Shown here piece by piece: positions 18,578 through 28,171 of a DNA stretch of 64,000 nucleotides. The position numbers and the translations under genes were made by a program. Location: positions 256,001-320,000 of the IMG/VR virus record IMGVR_UViG_3300045988_170943; one strand, 5' to 3'. The stretch is from a virus. The notes under the pieces are model-generated. The model did no database searches and was not told the DNA's origin. It saw nothing but the letters and a program-made list of their open reading frames with translations. Positions within the stretch are counted from its first letter, which is position 1; each line of letters starts with the position of its first letter.

Positions 18578-21500
18578 ATGAATCTAGCATTTCTGACAGG
18601 AAACGCACCCACGCCAGGGACACACTACCTTACAGGTGACGTCCAAGTGACCACCTGCAAGAGGAGCGCCCTGAAAGCCGTCACCCTTACCGCCGTCACC
18701 GTCATCATGCTCATTGGCCTCATCACACAGGCCATCACAGGTGGAGCAAGCAACCCGCTCACCAACAACCAGAACACCACGGCCGGAACCACTGCGCTAG
18801 CCGATGACGAATCCGACGCCAAGAAAGAAATCAAGGGCTTATCCGACAGTTACATCCAGAAGGACGAGGACGGAAAACCCAGCCTGTTCAACACCATCAA
18901 CAAGGCTGACGGGGAAGACTCACCAAACGACTTCGGCTACATTATGCGCCGACTATTCTCCACCGGATACATCAACCATGCCGGGGACGCAACCAACGAC
19001 GGCCGACAGGACAACTGCTACGTATCCCAATCTGGCACCCCCTACTACCACAACTGCGACGTACCCAACTTCATGACCGAGGCGTTACAGTCATTCATGG
19101 ACCCGTTCATCACCACCGGGCCACAGAACGCCGAGATCCGTAAAGCCAAAGGCGGGCTACTGTGGGTGTTTGACGGGATCCCCGACTCAGAGACCCTACC
19201 TGACGCCGGACCGGCTGTTGACGAGAACGCCCGGTCTGCTAAGTACACTGGCCTCGAAATCTTCGGATACAACCTCAACTACACCACCTACTTGGGCGAG
19301 TGGGACAACATCAAAGTGATGACCGCCGCCAGATCCCTGTCCAACTTCGGGTTCATGGACAGTCTCAAACTCGGCGCCACCGCCGTCATCAAAGGTGTCG
19401 CCAACGGTGTAGGCAACGCAGCATCCGGGTTTGTCAACAGGATCAGCACTGGTAACATCCTGGGCGCTGTCGGTGGACTTTGGTCCGACTTTGTGGGAGG
19501 ATCCTCGGCCGCAGTCGTCAAAGTCGTCATGGACACGTCCGACCAGAATGTCTTCAACAACTGGGCATGGTACCGGGTCGGCTACGGGTCTACACTTTAT
19601 AATGCCCGCGAACTCACCGCCGAAGAGACAGCCGCACAAGCAAAACGCGCCCTGTACAACATGATCCTCGGATCCCAACCGGACGCGGCCACGGCACCCC
19701 AGGAACTCAAAGACCTTAAGAAACCGGCTGCACCTGCCGATGAGACCTCCAAGTGCGTTATCCGCGTCAACGGGAAAGCCACAGAGCAGAAGAACGCCTC
19801 CGACAACGGTATCACAGAAGGCGACTGCAAACTTCAGGCGAACACGGCAGCCCCAGACGGAAAAGCCCACAAGGTTAACACCCCCAATGACCTGAAGAAA
19901 GACGGCGACTACGCCTGGAAGAAAGACGGCACCAGCAAACGCCAGACCCTCAAGGAATGGGTCGCCGCCAACCAGGCCACCTTCAACACCGCCAAGAAGT
20001 ACGGCATGTCCATCAACACTGATGGGGACGAGTCCAAGCGTGACGAAGTAGCCCAGAAAATCCTCTCCGAGTGGGACCGCGAGTATTCCAAGGCTCTCCA
20101 AAACTCCACCGCCAAAGAGGCAGAAGCCAAAAACAGCGAATGGGTGAACCAGTTACTCGGCACCGCAGCATTCGCCGCGCACATCCTGTCCAACCCGTCC
20201 CAAAGTTACAATGCTCCGTGGTCCCGGTTCGCCTGCACCAACGCGGACGGCACCGACATGCATGAAGACAACGGCACCCTCGTCATGCTCATGGACTCTG
20301 ACGGCAACATGAACCCCAAATGCTCCGGGGTGCGTCCACCTATCCAGGACGGGCTCTTCGGTAACGGCTACACAGGCGACGCCAAGAACCAGGTTGGTAC
20401 AGACACGCGCCGAGCGCGCCTCAACACCAACGTGCTCGCAAATCTGATCCCCCTCGACTCAGCATTCGACAGTGTGGCAGCGTTCTGGCTAGGTGTCGCC
20501 ACCACCTCCACCATGGTATCCAACGAGGTCATGTCCTGGGCATTCAGCCCACTCCTGTCCCAACTCGGGATCACAGACATCGTGGTCAACACCATCAAGT
20601 TCATGCGAGACAGCATCTTCTTCCCACTCGCAGCGATCATGGTGGCGTTCGGCGCATTCATGGCCCTGTGGAACCTCGCCAGGAAAGGCAACGCGAAAGA
20701 AACCATCATCACACTGTGCCTCATCATCGCAACCTTCGCAACCGGGGTAGCCCTCCTACAATCACCAGGCCGCACCGTCAAAGCCATAGACACCATCCCC
20801 TCCATGGTTGAACAAACCATTGTTGGGTACATATTCTCCGCCAACAATGAGCCAGTAGACCAGTTGTGCACGGCATCAGGAACTGTGTCAACCAAGGCAG
20901 GCACCGGCCTAGAAGATGAGCAACTACCATTCACCCCATCTGAAGGCACCAGGTCTCTCATGTGCGAGAACTGGCGAACCTTCGCGTTCAACCCATGGGT
21001 GTACGGCCAGTGGGGGACAGGCTACCACAACCTGTACGCCAACGGCAGCGGCAAGGACGGGGCGTGGGACAACAAGAACAGCAGTATTGTCGGTGACGCC
21101 GCAGTCCCCCTAGGTAACAACATCAGCGAAAAGAACTGGGGACTCTACCAGTTGCGTGCCACCACATCCGGCACCGCCTACTACACGGACCAGTCCAACC
21201 CGACAGGCCGCATCAACCGGGACTTCTACAGGATCGTTGACGCCCAGGCAGGCCCCAGCAACGCAGCCAACTCCTACCCACGGTACTTCAACACGTGGAG
21301 CGGAACCAACCTAGCCCCGCGTGCTGGAACAGCCATGCTCGGCGGCATCATTGGTGTACTCGGAGCATACACCGTCATCGTCTACTCTGTGACTAAAGTG
21401 CAGGTCACGTTCATCGTCACCATGCTGCTGCTCATCATGCCGCTCATGCTGCTCATGGGGATCCTCCCATACTTTGGGACTGGGAAACTACGCCGTTACT

Positions 21501-22717
21501 TCGGCACCATCGGTGGACTCATGGTGCAGCGCGTCTTCATCGCCTTGTTCCTCGCCGTCATGTTCCGCATCCTCGCCGGGGTGGGCACGGCATCCTCCAG
21601 TTACCCCAACCTGGCCTTGTTCACAGCCGCGATCTGCGTGTTCTTCCTCATGATCCGTAAGGAAGTTGAGGAGATGATCTTCCGTAGCGTCGCCAGCAAG
21701 TTCGGAGGCTCCATGGCCGACGCCTTCCGCCGTGACCCAAGTGGGTTCATCAGAGGGCAGATCGGGCGTGGCGGCCAAGGAGGATTCATCTCCAACAAGG
21801 CCGAGATAGCGAAGTCCACGGTCGTTGGTGCTGCTGCCGGTGCTACCGCCGCGAAACTCACTGGCGGCAGCGGTCTACGCGCAGCCCTCGACAGTGTACG
21901 AACCAACACCACTAACCTTCGCAACCAGCAGAGGAGACGCGGATACAGGACACTGGACACGCTCTCAAGGGGTGCCCAGGCTGGTAAACAGGCCGGTAGA
22001 CGGCAGTTGGCTGACGACCAGTACGCGACCGACATCAAACGTGAAGCATACCGTGACACAAAGGTATGGAAGGACTACGAGTCTGCCGCACGCGCCTATG
22101 ACGCCCTACCCACCAAGGAGGAGCGGAACATACGGACCGGGAAGATGGAGACGTTCAAGTACGACCCAGCAACCGGGAAACGCATGGAGAAACCGGAGGC
22201 CCCAACATTCGAGTCTGCGTCCAAGGACCTCAACATCACGATCCCTGGACGCAAGTTGAAGAAACTCGCCGACCGGAGACGCAAGGCCGACGACCTGGAG
22301 ATGGGCGGCAAGCCGGGCCAGAGGGTAGCCCCAGTTAAAAACCGTGCGAAAGACACGGAAGCACTGGTACATCGCACAGAGAAGAGAGTCCAAGACGCCT
22401 CTGACCCGAGTAAGGTTGCAGAACGTCGGCGTAAGGATGCTCGAAAGGATAAGCATCGTGAACGCATCGACGGGACGAGAGGCGTCCGTAAGATCACCAG
22501 GGAGTTCGACAAGAAGTACCAGTCCAGCAAGAATGAGGAGTACAGGGTGCGCATGAGGACCAGCCTGCATGAACTCATGGACGCAGCCGCAGCATACGAC
22601 CCTGAGAAGGATCAGGACAACACGGGCCTACCGGACTATATGGACCCTGTTGAGGGCGACATCTATGGGCCGGAACTGCCCTCCTATCATGAAAAGGATG
22701 AGGAGGAAGAGGAATGA
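18578..22717 (+). CDS. Giant polytopic membrane protein (1379 aa), VirB6/TrbL-like topology, with K/R/E-rich cytoplasmic tail
   Basis: Signal-anchor, then a ~570-aa extracytoplasmic domain, then a cluster of at least 7 TM helices (e.g. VTFIVTMLLLIMPLMLLMGILPYF) containing a conserved loop (NPWVYGQWGTGYHNLYANG ... NWGLYQL ... DFYRIVDA), then a ~280-aa charged tail. Paralogous to the next gene. Confidence 0.6.
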   Translation: MNLAFLTGNAPTPGTHYLTGDVQVTTCKRSALKAVTLTAVTVIMLIGLITQAITGGASNPLTNNQNTTAGTTALADDESDAKKEIKGLSDSYIQKDEDGKPSLFNTINKADGEDSPNDFGYIMRRLFSTGYINHAGDATNDGRQDNCYVSQSGTPYYHNCDVPNFMTEALQSFMDPFITTGPQNAEIRKAKGGLLWVFDGIPDSETLPDAGPAVDENARSAKYTGLEIFGYNLNYTTYLGEWDNIKVMTAARSLSNFGFMDSLKLGATAVIKGVANGVGNAASGFVNRISTGNILGAVGGLWSDFVGGSSAAVVKVVMDTSDQNVFNNWAWYRVGYGSTLYNARELTAEETAAQAKRALYNMILGSQPDAATAPQELKDLKKPAAPADETSKCVIRVNGKATEQKNASDNGITEGDCKLQANTAAPDGKAHKVNTPNDLKKDGDYAWKKDGTSKRQTLKEWVAANQATFNTAKKYGMSINTDGDESKRDEVAQKILSEWDREYSKALQNSTAKEAEAKNSEWVNQLLGTAAFAAHILSNPSQSYNAPWSRFACTNADGTDMHEDNGTLVMLMDSDGNMNPKCSGVRPPIQDGLFGNGYTGDAKNQVGTDTRRARLNTNVLANLIPLDSAFDSVAAFWLGVATTSTMVSNEVMSWAFSPLLSQLGITDIVVNTIKFMRDSIFFPLAAIMVAFGAFMALWNLARKGNAKETIITLCLIIATFATGVALLQSPGRTVKAIDTIPSMVEQTIVGYIFSANNEPVDQLCTASGTVSTKAGTGLEDEQLPFTPSEGTRSLMCENWRTFAFNPWVYGQWGTGYHNLYANGSGKDGAWDNKNSSIVGDAAVPLGNNISEKNWGLYQLRATTSGTAYYTDQSNPTGRINRDFYRIVDAQAGPSNAANSYPRYFNTWSGTNLAPRAGTAMLGGIIGVLGAYTVIVYSVTKVQVTFIVTMLLLIMPLMLLMGILPYFGTGKLRRYFGTIGGLMVQRVFIALFLAVMFRILAGVGTASSSYPNLALFTAAICVFFLMIRKEVEEMIFRSVASKFGGSMADAFRRDPSGFIRGQIGRGGQGGFISNKAEIAKSTVVGAAAGATAAKLTGGSGLRAALDSVRTNTTNLRNQQRRRGYRTLDTLSRGAQAGKQAGRRQLADDQYATDIKREAYRDTKVWKDYESAARAYDALPTKEERNIRTGKMETFKYDPATGKRMEKPEAPTFESASKDLNITIPGRKLKKLADRRRKADDLEMGGKPGQRVAPVKNRAKDTEALVHRTEKRVQDASDPSKVAERRRKDARKDKHRERIDGTRGVRKITREFDKKYQSSKNEEYRVRMRTSLHELMDAAAAYDPEKDQDNTGLPDYMDPVEGDIYGPELPSYHEKDEEEEE

Positions 22718-22759
22718 GTCATTGCGTCCCGCGCCTACTGGAGTGCGGGACGCAATGAC
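22718..22759 (+). terminator. Perfect 15-bp inverted repeat hairpin immediately after the stop codon (GTCATTGCGTCCCGC / GCGGGACGCAATGAC, 12-nt loop)
   Basis: Read directly from the sequence. It is the strongest hairpin in the window. Confidence 0.5.
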
Positions 22760-22906
22760 TCAACCATGCAACTAGGGACAGAAAAAGGAATCTAGAGGAA
22801 AACTGTCAGAGGCACTGTGGTTCCCCCACTCCGCCCCTATTGTGGCGCTACTTGCAGGGATATTTCAACGTTAGTCACTTTACGTCGATCATGAGGATGT
22901 TTCTAC

Positions 22907-25900
22907 ATGATTCTCAGGCATATGCAGCCGCAAGGGGCATCCTACATGACCCCGAACGGTGCGGGTAGGGCACATGACGGTGCCGGGCACAAGCGCACCA
23001 TTGTCGCCACCGTCATGGTAATGCTGTCTGTCCTCATGCTCACCTTCGCTGGCCTGTCCACTGCTGTCAACGTGCGTGAGAAGCAACAGGTGCAGGCTGG
23101 GGACTGGACTCAGTGGCTCATGTGTGAAGTACTACCAGAGTCAGCGAAGGAACTCTACCAGTTCAGCCAGTCGAAGGACCTCCAGTTCCATCTTCGCTCA
23201 AAGTCAGCAATCACTGGTGGAATTGATGACGTGGACGGTGGCCTGAACTGGATGCTGTCTGGCAGTAGCGGCACAGACTTCAAGAAGGTCAATGAGGAGA
23301 TCCTGGGGTTCAGTCTCGACCCAGAAAGTGACGGGCAGTCTCAACCGAACCAGCAGTCAGGTAGCCAGCAAGACCAGAAGCAGGCTGGAGATCAGAAGAG
23401 CGGGGACGGGAAGACTCCCACTGGTGGCAAATACGTCAACCCATACGACCGGTTTGGTGTCGCTGGGATGAAGTTCAGTGCCTACCAGGGTGAGTGGAAG
23501 TACTTCGTTATCGATGCCTGCAAAAAGGACGGGGAGCCGAACGACCCGAAAGCCGGGCTGTTCTATGACAGTCGCCTGGAACCGCGTAGCGGCTGGGAAG
23601 ACATTGGGAACTCCAAGGATGTGCGCACCCAGCAGTTCCAGGCTAACCCATCCGCACCTATTCTCGCCACGGCCCTGAACAGTGTCGCCAACGGGCTATT
23701 CAACATCACGAAACTTATCGTCAGTGTCACTATCGCATTTGTTGGGTTCTCATTCTCTGACATCGTACACACCATGGGGCTCGATAACGTTATCGGCGGC
23801 CAGTCGGGCATGTTCAAGAACCTGTTCAATGGTGTGTTCATGCCACTGGTTGTCTTCGCGTTCCTCACGACCGGGGGCTATCTCATCTACAATGGGGTCT
23901 ACAAGGGGCGTTACCGTGAGTCATTCAACTCGGTAGCAAGATCGTTCCTGATCTTCGCTATCGCCATTGTTGTCGGCATGCACCCGGCACAGGCAATGAC
24001 ACTACCGAACAAAGCCATCGTATGGTTCCAGTCCGTGGTCGTCCTGAGCCTCAACAGTCAGATCGCGGGCGGAGACGACATGTGTGCAACTGACATCGGC
24101 CAAGTCAACTCCAAGATCATCGAGTCTCAGGGGAAGAGTGAGCAAGGGGTCCTGGATGAGGCCGCCCAGAACATCCGGTCAGTGGTCAGTTGCCGAATGT
24201 GGCAGGTCCTCCTCCTCAAACCATGGGCGGAAGGACAATTCGGCACCGACATCAATAACCTGTGGGCCAACGGCAACAAGCCAGGGTGGGCGCCAGAGAA
24301 CGCACAGGAACTCGGCAACAGTAACAACGACATGGTTGGCAGCGCGGAAGTCCCCCTGGGTGAAGGCAAAAGCATCCACAACTGGGGCATATACCAGATC
24401 TCCACGCAGACCAACGCGCACTGGGTCACATCCGGTAACGGCACCAGGGTGAAACCAATCAACGGTGTTGCTGGGGACTGGTACCGGATTGTTGACGCTC
24501 TTGCTAACTATGATGAGGAGGACGCCAAGGAGAAGCCATCCGACAACGCTGAAGAGATTACGTACAAGGTCCCTAAGGAGTCCAATAAGGTCAGTCCTTA
24601 CTGGGATGCGTGGGTGGGGAATAGCGTCGCCAGCAGGTACACGTCCGCCTTGTCCTCCATCCTGGTAGCCGCCCTGGTGTGCGCATCTATGGCCCTGTTT
24701 GCCGGGTGGGCGTCCGTGTACACGATAGGTCTGGCTATACTCCTTGGTTTCGCGCCCCTGTTCATGCTTCTGGCCTGTTGGGCAGGTAGAGGCTGGGAGA
24801 TTTTCAAAGGGTGGGCAGAACTCACAGTTAAGACCGGGCTCAGTCGCATCGTGGTTGGGATACTGCTTGTCTTCAACATTCTCATTGTCAACAACATCCT
24901 AAATATGGCGAACACCCTGTCCTGGGGGAAGATGATCACCCTTCTGATGATCCTTACCGTCATCATGTTCAAGGGGCGTGAGAAGATCACTGAGATGTTC
25001 GCTGCCGTCCAGTTCGGTGGCGTGAACATGGCCTCCACGGCCAGCAGAGTCACCGACCGAACCAAGAACATTGTTATGGCGCCAGTTAAGACATCTGGTC
25101 GTTTCGCAACCAGCGCCGTGGGTGGCGGTGTTGGGGCGAGGCGCGAGGGCGGGTCGTTCATGCGTGGCATGGGTGCTGGCGCGGTCCAGGAGTTTAAAAA
25201 CATGACCTACCGGTCCGGGATGCTCAGGGACGCGAGAACAACCTATGACACGCACGCCGCTGCCGCCGGGAAGAAAGGCGTCCTCGTGTCTGAGATGAAC
25301 TGTGCCGTATGTGGTAAGCCACTCGACTATGAGCAGAATCAGTACGGCACCCAACAGTTCATTGGCGGCCGCGACCGGAACGGTAACCTCGTGTGCCGCG
25401 AGTGCCTTGAAGACGGCATGGGTGACGATGTTCAGGAGGTCACATTCAACCGTCCGACCGCTGCACAGAGGCGCGACGCCAGCAAGAGCAAGGACGCACA
25501 ACGCAAGAAGATCCGAGAGAGTTACAACAAGCGGTTCACTGACGACACAGCCGGTCGAACTGTAGCCGAGAATACGGCCAGCGGAATCCATGACATGCGC
25601 AACGAGGACTTGAACACCATTGCGGGCAGGGAGAATCGTGCAGAGAACGAGGCTAAGTTGCGTGCCGCCATGAGTATGGTCCACCAAGACGTTTATGCTC
25701 ACAAGTCCGCCAAAGATTACAGTCGAGACAAAAAGAAAGACCCCAGGACGATAACCACCACAAAACTCCCCAAGGAGATCGACGGGATCGTAGACAAGGA
25801 CGCCCTCCAGGAAGCGTGGATGAAACAGGACTACAACTATGTGATCATGACCTATGTGTCAGCCTGGATTGTCTGGTATCAGCAGAACACAGGCGTCAAG

Positions 25901-26068
25901 TACAGTGCCGACATCAACTCCACCTACTATGCTGTCAAGAACAAGAACCTGGAGGCATTCGACAAGGCCGAGTACCATCGCATCATGGATGAGGGTAAAA
26001 CAAGACGAGCCGACGCTAAGGCAAAGAACCAGGCCCCAAGTGGCGGCGGCAGTGAGGATAAGGAATGA
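22907..26068 (+). CDS. Giant polytopic membrane protein (1053 aa), paralog of the preceding gene, with C-terminal zinc-ribbon-containing charged tail
   Basis: It shares the PWAEGQFGTDINNLWANG ... NWGIYQI ... DWYRIVDA motifs with the 1379-aa protein and has multiple TM helices. The tail contains CAVCGKPL ... LVCRECLED (CxxC ... CxxC). Confidence 0.6.
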   Translation: MILRHMQPQGASYMTPNGAGRAHDGAGHKRTIVATVMVMLSVLMLTFAGLSTAVNVREKQQVQAGDWTQWLMCEVLPESAKELYQFSQSKDLQFHLRSKSAITGGIDDVDGGLNWMLSGSSGTDFKKVNEEILGFSLDPESDGQSQPNQQSGSQQDQKQAGDQKSGDGKTPTGGKYVNPYDRFGVAGMKFSAYQGEWKYFVIDACKKDGEPNDPKAGLFYDSRLEPRSGWEDIGNSKDVRTQQFQANPSAPILATALNSVANGLFNITKLIVSVTIAFVGFSFSDIVHTMGLDNVIGGQSGMFKNLFNGVFMPLVVFAFLTTGGYLIYNGVYKGRYRESFNSVARSFLIFAIAIVVGMHPAQAMTLPNKAIVWFQSVVVLSLNSQIAGGDDMCATDIGQVNSKIIESQGKSEQGVLDEAAQNIRSVVSCRMWQVLLLKPWAEGQFGTDINNLWANGNKPGWAPENAQELGNSNNDMVGSAEVPLGEGKSIHNWGIYQISTQTNAHWVTSGNGTRVKPINGVAGDWYRIVDALANYDEEDAKEKPSDNAEEITYKVPKESNKVSPYWDAWVGNSVASRYTSALSSILVAALVCASMALFAGWASVYTIGLAILLGFAPLFMLLACWAGRGWEIFKGWAELTVKTGLSRIVVGILLVFNILIVNNILNMANTLSWGKMITLLMILTVIMFKGREKITEMFAAVQFGGVNMASTASRVTDRTKNIVMAPVKTSGRFATSAVGGGVGARREGGSFMRGMGAGAVQEFKNMTYRSGMLRDARTTYDTHAAAAGKKGVLVSEMNCAVCGKPLDYEQNQYGTQQFIGGRDRNGNLVCRECLEDGMGDDVQEVTFNRPTAAQRRDASKSKDAQRKKIRESYNKRFTDDTAGRTVAENTASGIHDMRNEDLNTIAGRENRAENEAKLRAAMSMVHQDVYAHKSAKDYSRDKKKDPRTITTTKLPKEIDGIVDKDALQEAWMKQDYNYVIMTYVSAWIVWYQQNTGVKYSADINSTYYAVKNKNLEAFDKAEYHRIMDEGKTRRADAKAKNQAPSGGGSEDKE

Positions 26069-26358
26069 CGCCAGCGGACGTGTGGGTTATTGAACAAGTC
26101 GCCTACCTGGACTACTTCATGGAGGCACACAGGCTGATGACTGAGGCGGGCCATGAGGCGGCGATCCTCTACCCTGAGGAGATTATAGGTCTCGTAGACT
26201 TCGACGCCATAGAACGGTTCTGGAAGATCGGCGACTACAATGAGGTCAGGTACCGTTACACCATGGGCTGGATCCAGTACATTCAGGATGTGACCGGGGT
26301 ACGCACAGAAATGACCTGGAAAGAAATACAGGATGCGGCCGCAGAAAAAATAGGTTGA
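26065..26358 (+). CDS. Hypothetical protein
   Basis: 97-aa ORF with an ATGA overlap to the upstream gene. Confidence 0.35.
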   Translation: MTPADVWVIEQVAYLDYFMEAHRLMTEAGHEAAILYPEEIIGLVDFDAIERFWKIGDYNEVRYRYTMGWIQYIQDVTGVRTEMTWKEIQDAAAEKIG

Positions 26359-26405
26359 CCGATATTGCCGCATGATCCCAAGGTTTTCCGTGTAAAGGGC
26401 AGGTT

Positions 26406-27413
26406 ATGGGCCTCTTCTCAGATATGCTGAACCGATTCCGCAACGCTGGTGGTAGTGAAACAACCAGCACCCAGATAAAGCAGGATGTCAGTCACTCACA
26501 GGATGAGGTGGACTATGAGGATGAGCCCACTATTAGCACCGCACACAGCGTCTTCTCCATTGACGACAACGACCAAGACAATGCGATCAACACGCTCAAC
26601 AGCCGCTACCGCGAGACCAACAGCGGCCCAGTACTGAAGGCCAGGGAAGGGAAGATTCAAGACGTCCTTGAGGTGATGCGCATCCCGGAGACGTTCGACC
26701 TGGAGCCGTTCGTTCTGCTGCCTGAGGACTTGGACGAAGTTGACTTCAGCGTCATGGTCCCTAAGGGGTACGGGTACGACCGGTCTGAGGTTGACTCACT
26801 GTTCGCCCGAGTCAAGGACACAATCTCCGAGTACCTAAGACTGCTGAAACTACGCAACGAGCATATCGCGCAACTCGCCTCCACTGTGGACAGGCTGCAA
26901 GTCGATGCCTACAATGCCCGCTACGACGCGGAAATAGCCAACGGGATCAACATAATGCCCACCCAGTCCATGGCAGATCTGGAGAACGAGGTCATGGAAC
27001 TACGCCTTCTCGTGAAGAAACTCAGCGAGGAGAATGAGCGCCTACAGTCAGGTCGGTCCGCTGAAGGCTACGAGCAGATTGTAGACGAGCGACTGAGCGA
27101 TCAGGTGTCTGTCCTGTCGCGCGAGAACGAGGATCTGAGGGATGAGAACACTGCCCTCAGAGAGAAACTGTCCACACTACAGGATGAGGCAATGAACACG
27201 GCGCACTCACCTGAAGGTGTCACCACCCTACTGCACGCGGGACTGCCTGACCTGGGTGAACCGGAAGACATGGAGATGCTTGAGTCTAACGCCACCTTCG
27301 CGCAACCAGAGGAGAGCCTGGCTGATTTCCTGGACGAGCAGAGTTACTACACGGCCAGCACCGAGGACGACGGGGAGGGCGACAGCCTCCTGGACTCCTT
27401 CTACCAGGACTAG
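26406..27413 (+). CDS. DivIVA-domain coiled-coil protein, acidic
   Basis: FSVMVPKGYGYDRSEVDSLFARVKDTISEYLRLLKLRNEHIAQL matches the DivIVA N-terminal domain pattern F...RGYd..EVD.FLd.v. It is followed by heptad coiled coil and an acidic tail. Confidence 0.45.
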   Translation: MGLFSDMLNRFRNAGGSETTSTQIKQDVSHSQDEVDYEDEPTISTAHSVFSIDDNDQDNAINTLNSRYRETNSGPVLKAREGKIQDVLEVMRIPETFDLEPFVLLPEDLDEVDFSVMVPKGYGYDRSEVDSLFARVKDTISEYLRLLKLRNEHIAQLASTVDRLQVDAYNARYDAEIANGINIMPTQSMADLENEVMELRLLVKKLSEENERLQSGRSAEGYEQIVDERLSDQVSVLSRENEDLRDENTALREKLSTLQDEAMNTAHSPEGVTTLLHAGLPDLGEPEDMEMLESNATFAQPEESLADFLDEQSYYTASTEDDGEGDSLLDSFYQD

Positions 27414-27523
27414 CAGCACCATCACGCCCTCAGCCCATCTTGCGGCTGACCCTACCAGTTATTACTGACTCCCCCACACCCTGCATCTACACCTGTTGAC
27501 CCAGTTACCTTAGAAAGCCGCGC

Positions 27524-28063
27524 ATGTTCTCTGACGCCCTGACTGTCCTGTCATTCGAGTTCCCCGCCCTGCTGGTAGCCCTACTAGCAGCCAGGTACCT
27601 CCGCGTCGGCATGCTCAACTACGCTGGCATCGTCATCATCCTGGCGACAGTCAAGGCAGGCATGGCTTACGCCTCCGGCAACCAGGACACAGCCATGTGG
27701 GTCGGGGTAGTCGCACTGGTTTCACTAGTCCTATCCGTCATCCTCGCCGGAGCCATGGGATCAAGGATGAGTGTTGACAACCACAAGTCTCTCCTGGGTG
27801 CTATGTCACTGTTTCCGTGGTATCTGGGCCTACCTTACAGTGTCGTCTACATCATGCTGTCCATGGGGATTCTTGCTGCCGTTACCACCATAACCGCGAG
27901 ACGGGCGTTTTCATCCGTCGGCCACAGGGTCATGAAACCAGAACGTGCCCGCAAGGAAATGACCGAGGACGACTACAATAAGGTAATGACAAAAGCCAGG
28001 GTCATTTTTGCTATGCCAATAGCAGTGAGCGCTTTCGTTACAATTGGAGCACTTTCTATGTAA
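27524..28063 (+). CDS. Polytopic membrane protein (4-5 TM helices)
   Basis: 179 aa, almost entirely hydrophobic helices. Confidence 0.5.
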   Translation: MFSDALTVLSFEFPALLVALLAARYLRVGMLNYAGIVIILATVKAGMAYASGNQDTAMWVGVVALVSLVLSVILAGAMGSRMSVDNHKSLLGAMSLFPWYLGLPYSVVYIMLSMGILAAVTTITARRAFSSVGHRVMKPERARKEMTEDDYNKVMTKARVIFAMPIAVSAFVTIGALSM

Positions 28064-28086
28064 CCCAATCGTGCCAGCCACTAAAT

Positions 28087-28121
28087 AAAACCCCGTGCCA
28101 GCAGGTGCGGGGTTTTCGATA
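28087..28121 (+). terminator. Rho-independent terminator (AAAACCCCGTGC / GTGCGGGGTTTT stem followed by a T-tract)
   Basis: GC-rich stem and TTTT run read directly, 25 nt after the stop codon. Confidence 0.6.
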
Positions 28122-28171
28122 TTCAGACAGATTTCAAGCAATTCATAGGATACTGACAGCAGGGCCACGCA

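Noticed and set aside
19196-20101. 301-aa minus-strand ORF inside the 1379-aa membrane-protein gene. Other long minus-strand ORFs include 12208-12918, 24899-25702, 46160-46849, 48886-49767 and 62643-63830.
   Set aside because: High-GC shadow ORFs lying fully inside well-supported + strand genes with clear motifs. Their translations are Arg/Gly/Val-rich low-complexity with no motifs and no RBS. Every supported gene in the window is on the + strand.
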